The position numbers and the translations under genes are program-made. This document shows, piece after piece, positions 42,782 to 52,599 of a DNA stretch of 64,000 bases (within the stretch, counting starts at the first letter, position 1; the number at the start of each line of letters is the position of its first letter). Below the pieces are notes generated by a model. It was not told where the DNA came from and did not search any database. It was given only the letters and a program-made list of their open reading frames with translations. Source of the stretch: Alphaproteobacteria bacterium (GTDB taxonomy: Bacteria > Pseudomonadota > Alphaproteobacteria > SHVV01); contig OZ253470.1 in the NCBI GenBank assembly GCA_965261735.1, positions 3,328,001 to 3,392,000 on the forward strand, in the 5' to 3' direction.

Positions 42782-44066
42782 GGGCACCTCTAAGAATTGG
42801 TGAGTTGCCGGAGGATATTGTTTAACTAGGCTGTCACCAGCTCCAGCCATGCCGGAGCCGAGATTTTCGGGGTCTTCCACGCTCCAATTGAGTTATTTCG
42901 CTTCAAGACCGTCCCCAGGCGGTCTTCTCCTCCGAGTATCGTCACACGGCCGCCGCGAGACGCTCCAGTTGGACCAGGCGGCGCATGTTGTAGGCGAGGT
43001 TCTTCAACCCGATCCGCGCCTTCGCCCGCACCAGCCCGACACTACGCACCAGCGTCCCGCCCATGTCGTTGCTCTGGGCCCCGAAGACATGCTCGACGCG
43101 GACCCGAACCGACGAACGGGTCTTGTTGCCTTGCTTCTCGCGCTCGCTCAGCGGCTTGTTGCGGCGGCCCTTGCGATGGATCCGGCTCCGCAACCCCTTC
43201 TCCTTCAGCGACGCCTCGATCTCCGCCGAGCGGTAAGCGCTGTCCGCCCACACACCCAAAGCCGTGTTGTCCCCATCCAGGATATCGTCGAGGACTTGGC
43301 TGTCGTGCTCCGCCGCGTCGCTCACATGATAGCGCCGCACCAGCTTGTGCCGACGGTCCACGTTGACATGGTTCTTGTAACCGTAATGGCTCTTGCCGTG
43401 CTTCTTGGTCCACCGCGCCTCGACATCCTTTTGGCGCCGCTTTGCCGGCTTGTCCTCCCAACCTGCCGGCGTCTCGCCCGCCTTTATCCGCGCGTTCTCC
43501 TCGCGGCTGTTGCGCTGTTTGGGTACGGCCACAATCGAGGCGTCGATGATCTGGCCGCCCATCGCCAGATAGCCCTGATCCTTCAGGTAGCCATCGAACG
43601 TCTCGAATAAAGCCTCGATCACGCCAGCTTGCGTTAACTGTTCGCGGTACAGCCACACCGTCTTGGCGTCGGGAACCCGGCCCTCTAGACCCAACCCCAG
43701 AAATCGCATGAACGACAGGCGGTCACGGATCTGATGCTCAACTTGGTCGTCCGAGAGATTGTAGAGCGCGCACAGAATGATCGTCTTGAACATCACAATC
43801 GCATCCCACGGCTTGCGTCCCGCCCGCGATTTGCGCACCTTGTCCGCACGCCGCCACACCGCCTCAAGACGGGCGCGCAAGTCTTCCCACGGAACCACCC
43901 CGTCGATCTTCAAAAGCGGCTCGTTCTTGGCGTCAAGACCGGAATACCGGTTCCCAAGATCGAAAAACCCCATCTGACCCATCAACCACGCCTCCCGCTA
44001 TCAACAAATCGTCAACCCGATTCTAAATCGACGACGCCCGAAAAAGGAGAATTTTTAGAGGTGCCC
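42782..44066 (-). mobile_element. IS5 family element, apparently intact
   Basis: IRs GGGCACCTCTAA; TATA TSD on both sides. Confidence 0.93.
42942..43985 (-). CDS. IS5 family transposase
   Basis: LYNLSD, DRLSFMRFLG, IIDASIV, WADSAY, RVRVEHVFG. Confidence 0.95.
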   Translation of the reverse strand: MMGQMGFFDLGNRYSGLDAKNEPLLKIDGVVPWEDLRARLEAVWRRADKVRKSRAGRKPWDAIVMFKTIILCALYNLSDDQVEHQIRDRLSFMRFLGLGLEGRVPDAKTVWLYREQLTQAGVIEALFETFDGYLKDQGYLAMGGQIIDASIVAVPKQRNSREENARIKAGETPAGWEDKPAKRRQKDVEARWTKKHGKSHYGYKNHVNVDRRHKLVRRYHVSDAAEHDSQVLDDILDGDNTALGVWADSAYRSAEIEASLKEKGLRSRIHRKGRRNKPLSEREKQGNKTRSSVRVRVEHVFGAQSNDMGGTLVRSVGLVRAKARIGLKNLAYNMRRLVQLERLAAAV

Positions 44067-44533
44067 TATATATAGTGTGTGTCTGCATTAACCGGATAGG
44101 CACGATTTGTATATCTATAACTATTTGATATTACATATAAATCTTATAAAGAACTTAGGTTCTTGAAAATGTCGATCAGATTGTTGGGTCGGAAGATGCT
44201 TGGGGGGACGCGCCGTAGCCCGCGGACCATGGGCACCGGCCACTCGGCACGGCTGCGGCGTCACATACGAGACCCGCAGTGCCACAACCGCACAAGCCGC
44301 CGATCATACGAATGCGACGTGCCCACCGGCCTCACGCCGCAAACCGCCACCCAAGCCCCCATCCCGGCGGCTTCTTCAGCAGCCTGCTAAGCAGCTATCG
44401 TCCTTATCCGGTTGGAAAGGCCGATTATACCACGCCCCGGGGCACGACCCTGACCTGGGAGACAACGGTCACTCAACACGGCAACCGATTCGCAAAATTC
44501 GGTATAGTGCGAAGGCTAAAAATAGTCACCCGA

Positions 44534-45370
44534 CTATGAGAAATTCGGAATTCCGGTCGGCGGCCGAACATTCCAGTCTAAGCGTTTCAAGTCGATATCG
44601 CCTTGAGTGCGGCGCATATACGCAAAACGTGTGATCGATCTGGTTAATGAAATTCCTTTGTCCTGTATGTACTTGGCTTCCATCCTCTCGAACGGATCAT
44701 CTCCGCGATGATGTCCGGTACGATAGAAATCGACAAAGTCCTCGTACTCGTCTTTACACCAATGCTCTCCATCGCTGCACAGAGCTAAATAAATATCCGT
44801 TTCAACCTCAGCGGTAAGTTCCGCTTTTGCGATCTTTGTTTCAAGCTCAACTGCGTACTCAAGCATTCTGCCTCGCGCCGCGAACATGTTGTGCCACAGC
44901 TCACCACCTAGCCAATTGTTCTCTAACCCCACCTGGACGTTTTCCGGAAACCAGCCCTCTTTTTCGGCGCGCTGATACTGCTTCCACCGATCCCGTGGTT
45001 TTGGCTTAATGGTCTTTATATCAACATAAACAGTACGTCCATTTCCTAACGATGCCCGTAAATCGATTGTCTTTTTCGTGCCGGCCAGTTTGGGTTCATA
45101 CTCCAACCGATCTACCGTGGGGTCCGGGTTCGATAAAATAGCATAGGCGAGACACAGTTCGTTGTGGGCTTCATCAACCCGGCTAAACATCTCGCGACCG
45201 TTCTGGAGTACACTCTCCACTGATCTTAAAAATTGATCAATTAGCCTCCGACCATCCGCGAAACGATCATCACTACTCTGAAATCGAGTGGTAAAGGTAT
45301 CAACTACGCTCGTCTGATAACTTTCAATCCATGAAACGTCATCCTCCGTGCGGAACCAGTCAGAACTCAT
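44534..45370 (-). CDS. hypothetical protein, restriction-endonuclease-like fold suspected
   Basis: ATG 45370; HNEL...YEP...TIDLRA...YVDIKT resembles a PD-(D/E)XK core; AT-richer than flanks. Confidence 0.55.
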   Translation of the reverse strand: MSSDWFRTEDDVSWIESYQTSVVDTFTTRFQSSDDRFADGRRLIDQFLRSVESVLQNGREMFSRVDEAHNELCLAYAILSNPDPTVDRLEYEPKLAGTKKTIDLRASLGNGRTVYVDIKTIKPKPRDRWKQYQRAEKEGWFPENVQVGLENNWLGGELWHNMFAARGRMLEYAVELETKIAKAELTAEVETDIYLALCSDGEHWCKDEYEDFVDFYRTGHHRGDDPFERMEAKYIQDKGISLTRSITRFAYMRRTQGDIDLKRLDWNVRPPTGIPNFS

Positions 45371-45579
45371 CTGGGATACCCCATGTTGGAACCGATCCAC
45401 GCGGGAAAGCGTGCCAAAATCGTTCCGGATTGGCAAGCCGCTTGCTGCTGACGGTCGGCGTTGGCCACGTGCGCGATAGAGGGGGCTGGGGGCCCTGGCG
45501 GCGTCCGATATTGGGTTCGACACGACATTCGAGACGCACCGGTCCCGTGATCGGCCAGCGGTGATCGGTCTGCCGACGG

Positions 45580-45720
45580 TCATGCCGGACTTGGATTCGG
45601 TCTGAGCCGGTCGATGCGGCGCAGGATGTCGGCGAATAGGTTACGAGGAATGACAACCTCGGCTATCTGGAACGTGACGTAGCGCCCGTGGCGCACGATC
45701 TTCGCTCTCCGATCTTTCGC
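45580..45720 (-). pseudogene. IS1380 family transposase C-terminal remnant
   Basis: AKIVRHGRYVTFQIAEVVIPRNLFADILRRIDRLRP. Confidence 0.75.
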
Positions 45721-46060
45721 ATGTCGCTCTCGCCCTCGGCCTCGCCGCCTGCCAGAAGGGCCTTTCCGTGCGCTTCGCCACAGCCTCCCATCTGGTCCAC
45801 GAGCTGATCGAGGCACGCGACGAGAAGAGGCTGCTCCGCCTCCAGGCCCAGCTCGCCAGGGTCAATCTCCTGATCGTCGACGAGCTCGGCCACGTGCCCC
45901 TGTCGCAGACCGGAAGCGAGCTGCTGTTCGACGTCTTCAGCCGGCGCTACGAGAACGGCGCCACCATCGTGACCTCAAACCTGCCCTTCCAGGAATGGAC
46001 GACGGTCTTCGCCAGCGAGCGCCTCACCGGCGCGCTGCTCGACCGCATCACCCACCATGA
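45720..46060 (+). pseudogene. istB: IS21 helper ATPase (IstB) fragment
   Basis: LLIVDELG...RRYE...IVTSNLPFQEW...ALLDRITHH. Confidence 0.85.
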
Positions 46061-46327
46061 GGTGGCCCCGCCTATTCGGACAGCTCGGAAAGCACCCACA
46101 TCGCTGGGTTTGCCGCTACGGGCGTGTCGCGGAGCTTGTGGTGCAGCGCTGTCACGTCCTCGGGCGCGATTTCCTTCAGGGCCTTTGGTCCCAGGGCGGG
46201 AAAGATCAAGCACCCAAGTTAGAATGGTCCACAATTTGAACGACACCGCCGACACGGAAGAGACATTCGCCCGAGCAGATTGTTGCCCACCTGCGTAAGG
46301 GCTACTCAAATCCAACCTCCTGTGTGA

Positions 46328-48877
46328 TCAAATCTCCACTTCCAGGCAACCACACTTGCCGAACACACTACGGTACATGTTGGGATGTATCGTCCATTTT
46401 GGCTTCGCTCCTTGAGCCACCAAGGTACGATGAACAATGCCAACCAATGAATTTGGCTTCGTTGGCCCAGTCGGCGACATATCGGCCTCGTTGAACTTTC
46501 CAGTCCCTACAACGAGGCACGTCGCGATATCTTCAATCCAATGCTGCTCGCCATTTTGTTCCAGGCGAAGGCTCCCAAGGTCGGAAACTCTGAATCCCAA
46601 CCTATTGCCCGCGTTCATAAGATGGGAGAGGTTTGATAGTAGCCAATATATCTGCCCCTCTGATGTAAGAACCGGGATGCTCTGCAGCACGTCTATTGAA
46701 TCGTAATTAAAATCACATAGCGAGTAACTCAACCAAACCGACTCTAAAGGTGACAGCTGACCTTGCAATTGTTCGACTTGCTGCGATAGCCAAGCTTCAA
46801 CCGCGCTTCTTGGTGCTGCAATCTCTCCCGGCTCTCGCTTCGCGCTACGCGGCAGGTAGTGGATCACTCCGACAAACGAATCTCCCGAATGGTGCTCGTC
46901 GCGGGCAGTCAGACCACCGACCGACTTAGCCGACAGGAAGTCACATGGACCGGCGCGGACAGTGCTGATCGCCGCCAATCCATAACAGGTGTTGCCATCA
47001 CGAATCTCCCGTAGACGGATGGACAGCGGGATCACAAGACCCGACGCTTGTTGATTTACCCCTGCCGAAACATACGAGAGCTTACGCAGCCATTCTGCTT
47101 CTTCTCCTGCATCGGGAGGAAATCCCCCATGCACCTGCTCCTGCTCATTATCTGTTTTGACCGAGACCGGAACGTCAATGCCGCTAACCAATGCCGCCAC
47201 ATACGCGAGGAAAGACACATGCAGATCTTCCTGACCGATGATCGCGCGTCGAATTTGAATATTTTGCGGGTCAGACATTACCCCCGGCTTAAGCACAAGC
47301 TCCACACGAGTGCAGAGATCCATTGACAAATCTTCTGGCCTTTCCTCAGTGAGTGTAGGGCGTAGACTAAGGCCGTTAGCAAATGACAAACACCGCACTT
47401 CCTCTAAGCCCTTGTCGAATCGTCTAGAGAACACGCGCGCGCTACTTGCTGCCATAAAAATAGAAAAGAAGCCAATGCCATATCGACCCCTTGGTGAATG
47501 TCCGGCAGCATGAAGCCCCGGAAACTCCGAAGAGACGCGTTCAGACGCCCAGAAACTACTACCGAAATCCAAGAGATCTTCGCATAACGTTCTGGCGGAC
47601 ATGCCAACACCGTCATCGTCCACCTGAAGAACATATTGGTTGCCCCTTCCGTGACGACGAAGGGCAACCCTTATGTTACCTCTAAAGTTTGGTTGTCCAC
47701 CAACTAGGCGCCGTGCCGATATAGCGTCTGCGGCATTCTGGACCAGCTCCCGCAGTGCGATGTTTAATCTATCGGCATTTGTGCCATATAACTGCTCACC
47801 ACCCAAGCTTCCCACCAATGCTGCTACGTCTGATACATGGACCGAAGAATTCGTGGGTTCCCAGCCGTCTGTCTCGATGTACTTGGCGAGCTCTCTTATA
47901 TTGCCCGCAGCCGCAACGCTCCTACACGCAAATCGTCGCCCGGTTCGTGTCCTTGAGGAAAGCACATCATCACACTGCTTCAGCTCCTTATCGAGTTGGT
48001 CAACCAAGTCAAATGCAACCCACCATCCTGCTGCCTCGGCTTGTCTGAAGGGCGCGGTGGACGCCACAACGGCTTGCGAGGGATCGTCGTGCTTTACCGT
48101 TAGCTGCCCAAGATGGTTCTGAGCGACCCAATGCGCTCGTGAGACAGAGTTCATCTCGAGAATCTTTAGCAGGAAGGTCGGGGCCCGAGATGAGTCAATG
48201 TGCCCTGCATCGGCTGCTCTGAGCAGGCACGCAATCAGAAGCGTATCTGCCGTCCATTCCTGGCGAACAAAAGGGGCGGGCGGGCGTGGAATTGAAAACC
48301 GTTCCGCCACGTCATCGATTTTCCAGTGATGCGACGAGGCTATCTCGCCTATCAGTGCACCATATTGGGTTCTCAAGTCAGCGTCGTCGATGATGTATTG
48401 CGGACCTTCTCCATTGTCCCAGGGCTCAGTCGCAAGGTTTGCCGCCCTCAGCGCGTGTAAGCTTCTCAACGCTTCAAAATCGACTGCGGTGAGGTCGATT
48501 GCGCTTTGATTTGCTCTTTGTCTGTTCTGCGCATCCTTCCACTGTACCGTTCCCCGAACAGCGGACTGCCCTCCAGAATAGGCTTCAAAGCAGAGGGCGG
48601 CATCGTGCAACAGGACAGCAACCCCAAACAAATACCCTTCTAGCGGGTTTAACGAGAATTCGTCGCCTGAGATCGTACCCGCCACGGTCCAGAGACCGTC
48701 TAGGTGTGACAAGTCGTGCATCGTCAAAGCCGGGAGACTAGAGGCAATCCTTGTCGTTAACTGGCCCACGCGGTCCCGGGCGCCACGAAGAGAAGTAACC
48801 AATCGACTGACTCTCCGGTCATCGGAATCTGCAAATGTCCGCTGCCATAGCGGCGATTCTTCCATCGCGTTCGTCAT
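46328..48877 (-). CDS. HD-CE phosphoesterase + HSP90-like GHKL ATPase fusion protein
   Basis: TMHDLSH, LLHD, SHH, ADAGH (HD domain); LRELVQNAADA, DDGVGMS, GRYGIGFFS (Bergerat fold). Confidence 0.82.
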   Translation of the reverse strand: MTNAMEESPLWQRTFADSDDRRVSRLVTSLRGARDRVGQLTTRIASSLPALTMHDLSHLDGLWTVAGTISGDEFSLNPLEGYLFGVAVLLHDAALCFEAYSGGQSAVRGTVQWKDAQNRQRANQSAIDLTAVDFEALRSLHALRAANLATEPWDNGEGPQYIIDDADLRTQYGALIGEIASSHHWKIDDVAERFSIPRPPAPFVRQEWTADTLLIACLLRAADAGHIDSSRAPTFLLKILEMNSVSRAHWVAQNHLGQLTVKHDDPSQAVVASTAPFRQAEAAGWWVAFDLVDQLDKELKQCDDVLSSRTRTGRRFACRSVAAAGNIRELAKYIETDGWEPTNSSVHVSDVAALVGSLGGEQLYGTNADRLNIALRELVQNAADAISARRLVGGQPNFRGNIRVALRRHGRGNQYVLQVDDDGVGMSARTLCEDLLDFGSSFWASERVSSEFPGLHAAGHSPRGRYGIGFFSIFMAASSARVFSRRFDKGLEEVRCLSFANGLSLRPTLTEERPEDLSMDLCTRVELVLKPGVMSDPQNIQIRRAIIGQEDLHVSFLAYVAALVSGIDVPVSVKTDNEQEQVHGGFPPDAGEEAEWLRKLSYVSAGVNQQASGLVIPLSIRLREIRDGNTCYGLAAISTVRAGPCDFLSAKSVGGLTARDEHHSGDSFVGVIHYLPRSAKREPGEIAAPRSAVEAWLSQQVEQLQGQLSPLESVWLSYSLCDFNYDSIDVLQSIPVLTSEGQIYWLLSNLSHLMNAGNRLGFRVSDLGSLRLEQNGEQHWIEDIATCLVVGTGKFNEADMSPTGPTKPNSLVGIVHRTLVAQGAKPKWTIHPNMYRSVFGKCGCLEVEI

Positions 48878-49160
48878 GTCCTAGTCCTGACTGGCCCCCG
48901 AATGCCGCTTGGCGGCGTGAACCTCGTCAAAGGGACCGCACCCTGTCAAGCAATGCCACACTTCCGAGCTTCGAGCTACATCCCGAACGCGCCGAGGCGC
49001 GGGGCTCGACGCTGGATGACCTGATTTCTTCAATCGGCCTACGTCTACCGCCGCAGATGACAGTCCAGATCTGGATTTCTCGTGATTCCCAAAACCAAAT
49101 TTTGAACTCACTCTCAAGAATCAAAAACCCCCGAAAATGTACGTTGTTTCAGTGGTTTGC

Positions 49161-49205
49161 TTGATTGCGGGGCAGGATTTGAACCTGCGATCTTGAGGTT
49201 GTGAG
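49161..49205 (-). other. degenerate tRNA-fMet 3' half (att-site remnant)
   Basis: - strand CTCACAACCTCAAGATCGCAGGTTCAAATCCTGCCCCGCAATCAA keeps the T-arm and resembles the tRNA-fMet 3' end; no 5' half. Confidence 0.65.
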
Positions 49206-49346
49206 GGAGATTCTTCGCCAAACGCCACCATCAGTGCCCTGCAATCGTCATGCACCGACAGCCGTGCGCTACATTTCGGGCGCGTCGCAGGACGTCGCCG
49301 CCGTTATCGACCGCCGGGTCCCCGGTAGGTGGACGCGCCAGCGTCA

Positions 49347-49418
49347 CTACAGAATATCCGTTGCAATGCTGCCGGCGACACGTTCCGCCGCCTCGTGGAG
49401 GGAGTCCGGCGCCAGATG
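49347..49418 (-). pseudogene. tyrosine integrase extreme C-terminal remnant
   Basis: HLAPDSLHEAAERVAGSIATDIL*, paralogous to the ends of the adjacent integrases. Confidence 0.7.
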
Positions 49419-49811
49419 ATGTTTTACCATCCCAACACTACTAGGGAAGAAAGTGATCATTGAGATCATAAAATCACTGATCGATGTTGCACAGTATGCA
49501 GTGCGACCCGGACGGGGAGATCTAGTTCATAAAAAAACTGTCGGAGTCTATAAACCCTAAACTGAATGTAATCGATGCTTTGGCTGAACAGTGGCCAAAA
49601 TACGTCCTCGGTCCGTCCAATCCCTTGACATTACTCGGCCCCGACATGCCCTGCTCTTTTTTTGGGGTAAAATGAGCTTTACCTTCATATAAACAAACGC
49701 GTTGTAAGCGTTAGTGGCAGTGCAACGGCCGAGATCGCGCCCCAGGCTTCAGCCGGATTTGCCGTACTCGATCGGCGCAGATCACCCCGTACTGATTGAG
49801 GACAAACTTTT

Positions 49812-51011
49812 TCAATTCGTAGAGTGCATATGCTTGATATTGGCATTCAGAAGGTCTGCCCCGATGCTGGCCGCAATCCTCGCCGCCGATGCCTGCATCG
49901 AGTCCCGCGCCAGATGGGCGTAACGAGCCGTAGTTTCGACCTGGCTATGGCCAAGCAGTCTTCCGATCATCGGCAAGCTCTCACCGAGCGCCAACGCCCG
50001 GCTCGCAAAGGAGTGCCGCAAGTCATGAAGCCGCACGTCATCCAGCACGGCGCGCGCCCTCACCCGATGCCAAAGAGCGTCGACACTCGTTAGACAGGCA
50101 CCCGGTTTCTTGCCGGGAAAGACCCACGGATTACCGGGATCGCGCGGCAGGTCAGCAACAAGCTTCGCCGCGGCCGGCGACAGAGGAACCGCCCGCGGCC
50201 CGGTCTTGGCGTCCCGCAGATGCAATTCGCCCTCGTCGAGATCGACATCCTCCCAGCGCAGCGTCAGAATCTCGTTGCGCCGGCACCCGGTCAGCATCAG
50301 CAGCCGGATCGCCGCTGCCGCTTGCGCCGAGACCCCGCCCTCAACCACGGCCTCGCTCAATAGCCGCCCCAGACGGCGGAACTCCTCCTCCGTCAGGAAC
50401 CGCTCCCGCCTGCGCTCCTTGTACTTGACCAGAAAACGGCACGGGTTGCTTCCCTCCGGCGCGAGGCCCCAGGCCTCTGCCTGATTGAACATCCGTGACA
50501 GGGTGGCCACCACCCTGTTCGCCATGGCCGGCACATCGCACAACTTGTAATGCATCTCCGTGACATGTTCGCGCTCGACCGCCGCCAAAGGGACCTCACC
50601 GAAATCCGGCAGGATGTATTTGCGGATCACCCGGCGGCACCGCACCGTTGTCCCAGGTTTACAGTGCACCGCCATGTGCTCCTCCAGATACCGTGCCGCG
50701 AGTTCGGCCACTGTCGGTCCCGTCCGCGGCGCCATGGGCGCGGCGATCGGCTCCTCGCCCGCCTTGACGCGGGCGATGATCAGCGCCGCCCGCCTGCGCG
50801 CCTGGTCCGCGGAAATGACCCCGTGGCGGCCGACCGTCACTCGCTTCGGACCGCCCGGCCCGCGGGTCTGCGCCACATAGACCTTGGCCCCCGACGCATA
50901 GGCGCGCATCCCGAATCCGGTCAGCTCCCGATCCCAGAACACCGTATCCTTCTCCACCTCGATCGCCTCCACCGTGCGCTTCGAGATCGTGCCGTGCCGC
51001 AGCTTCGTCAT
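49812..51011 (-). CDS. tyrosine integrase with Arm-DNA-binding (DUF4102) domain
   Basis: FWDRELTGFG, TGCRRNEI, AKTG, HDLRHS, LLGH, ARYAH. Confidence 0.93.
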   Translation of the reverse strand: MTKLRHGTISKRTVEAIEVEKDTVFWDRELTGFGMRAYASGAKVYVAQTRGPGGPKRVTVGRHGVISADQARRRAALIIARVKAGEEPIAAPMAPRTGPTVAELAARYLEEHMAVHCKPGTTVRCRRVIRKYILPDFGEVPLAAVEREHVTEMHYKLCDVPAMANRVVATLSRMFNQAEAWGLAPEGSNPCRFLVKYKERRRERFLTEEEFRRLGRLLSEAVVEGGVSAQAAAAIRLLMLTGCRRNEILTLRWEDVDLDEGELHLRDAKTGPRAVPLSPAAAKLVADLPRDPGNPWVFPGKKPGACLTSVDALWHRVRARAVLDDVRLHDLRHSFASRALALGESLPMIGRLLGHSQVETTARYAHLARDSMQASAARIAASIGADLLNANIKHMHSTN

Positions 51012-51033
51012 CGTTTCCCGCTCACTACAATAT

Positions 51034-52215
51034 TCAGGCCCGCGCGTCTTCCGGCATGATGTCAGCGCTTATGCTGCCAGCCACCTTGGCCGCCGAGGCC
51101 TTCTCGGTGTCCCGCGCCAGATGGGCGTAGCGGGCCGTCGTCCCCACCTTGGAATGGCCGAGCAGCTTTCCGATCATGGTCAGGCTCTCGCCCAGCGCCA
51201 GCGCACGGCTGGCATACGTATGACGGAGATCGTGAATGCGGACATCGTCCAGCCCGGCCCGCACCCGCAGGCGCTGCCAATGCTGGTCGATGCTCGACAA
51301 CCGGGTCCCCGGCTTCTTGCCCACAAACACCCAGGGGTTGCCCGGAACGCGGGGAATATCCGCGAGCACCTCCAACGCCGTGGGTGTCAGCGGCACCATG
51401 CGTGTGCCGGTCTTGGCATCACGGAGACGCAATTCCCCCGCCGTCCGGTCCACATCGTCCCAGCACAAGGTCAGAATCTCGCTTTTCCGGCAGCCGGTCA
51501 GCATCAGCAGGCGAATCGCCACCACCGCCGGCGCCCAGGCCGCGCCGTCTCCCTCCGCCGCGTCCAGCACCCGGCCAAGCAGATGGACTTCCACCGCCGT
51601 CAGGAAACGCTCGCGTTCCCGCTCCTTGTAATGGCGCACTGAATGGCACGGATTCCTCCCGGCCGGCACCAGGTCCCAGGCCTCGGCCAACCGGAACATC
51701 TTGGAGAGAATCTTGATCGCCACGTTCGCCGCGCGGGGCGTACCGCGGAGCCTGTAATGCAGGGCAGCGGCATGCTCGCGCCCCACCGCCCCGACCGGCA
51801 GCCCGCCCAGTTCCGGAAGGATGTGGTTGTCGAGCACCCCCCGATAGATCCCGGCAGTGGATGGCTTGCAATGCACCGCCACATGGGCGCGCATATAGCG
51901 CGCCGCCAAGCCGGCCACGGTCAGTTCGGCTTTCGGCGGTGCGGGAACCGGAGCCTCGCCACGCTTGATGCGATCGATAATGACAGCCGCCTCCTTTCGC
52001 GCCCGCTCCGCGGCGATATCTCCATGCCGCCCGATAGTTACGCGCTTCAGCCCTTTCAGTCCCCGGCTCTGGACCACATACACTTTTCGGCCCGTCGTAT
52101 AGACCCGAACACCGAACCCGGGAAGATCATGGTCCCAGAAGACGGCTTCCTTGTCCTCGACGGCGAGCGAGTCGACGGTGCGTTTGGTGATCCTCAAATC
52201 GCTTCGTCTGGCCAT
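51034..52215 (-). CDS. tyrosine integrase with Arm-DNA-binding (DUF4102) domain, paralog
   Basis: ATG 52215 after GGAGG; FWDHDLPGFG, TGCRKSEI, HDLRHT, LLGH, ARYAH. Confidence 0.93.
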   Translation of the reverse strand: MARRSDLRITKRTVDSLAVEDKEAVFWDHDLPGFGVRVYTTGRKVYVVQSRGLKGLKRVTIGRHGDIAAERARKEAAVIIDRIKRGEAPVPAPPKAELTVAGLAARYMRAHVAVHCKPSTAGIYRGVLDNHILPELGGLPVGAVGREHAAALHYRLRGTPRAANVAIKILSKMFRLAEAWDLVPAGRNPCHSVRHYKERERERFLTAVEVHLLGRVLDAAEGDGAAWAPAVVAIRLLMLTGCRKSEILTLCWDDVDRTAGELRLRDAKTGTRMVPLTPTALEVLADIPRVPGNPWVFVGKKPGTRLSSIDQHWQRLRVRAGLDDVRIHDLRHTYASRALALGESLTMIGKLLGHSKVGTTARYAHLARDTEKASAAKVAGSISADIMPEDARA

Positions 52216-52232
52216 CAAGGGTGCCCTCCAAC

Positions 52233-52356
52233 GAAACCGTTCGTTCAAGGTGTGATGGAGGGGAAAACGACACAGAGCGAAGACGGGCGCGGCCTGGCAG
52301 AGTGTGGAGTTGCCATCGTCTTCCTCATTATCGTCACACCTTGAACGAACGGTTTC
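52233..52356. mobile_element. 124-bp MITE
   Basis: Perfect 23-bp TIR GAAACCGTTCGTTCAAGGTGTGA; 8-bp TSD CCTCCAAC (52225-52232, 52357-52364). Confidence 0.85.
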
Positions 52357-52599
52357 CCTCCAACACATGTCTCGTAGCGGTTGACCGTCACGATGCGTAA
52401 TCATATCGCATTCGACCGGGATCAAACTGGGGCGCAATTATGCGCATATGTGTCAGGGATGCAAGAGGTGCATGGAGCTGAATTTCGACAGAATATAGCA
52501 GAAAACCTACATTTATCGCATCCCAGCGCTGCCATGCACATCTATGGCGAAGTGATAGATTTTCAATTTTTGTTCCAGTTCGGTTTTGTTTCCCTCCAA

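Noticed and set aside
49161-49205. Functional tRNA gene
   Set aside because: Only a mutated 3' half; no D-arm or acceptor 5' strand.
51034-52437. 467-aa version of the integrase
   Set aside because: The N-terminal extension is read-through across the MITE; RBS and paralog alignment support ATG 52215.
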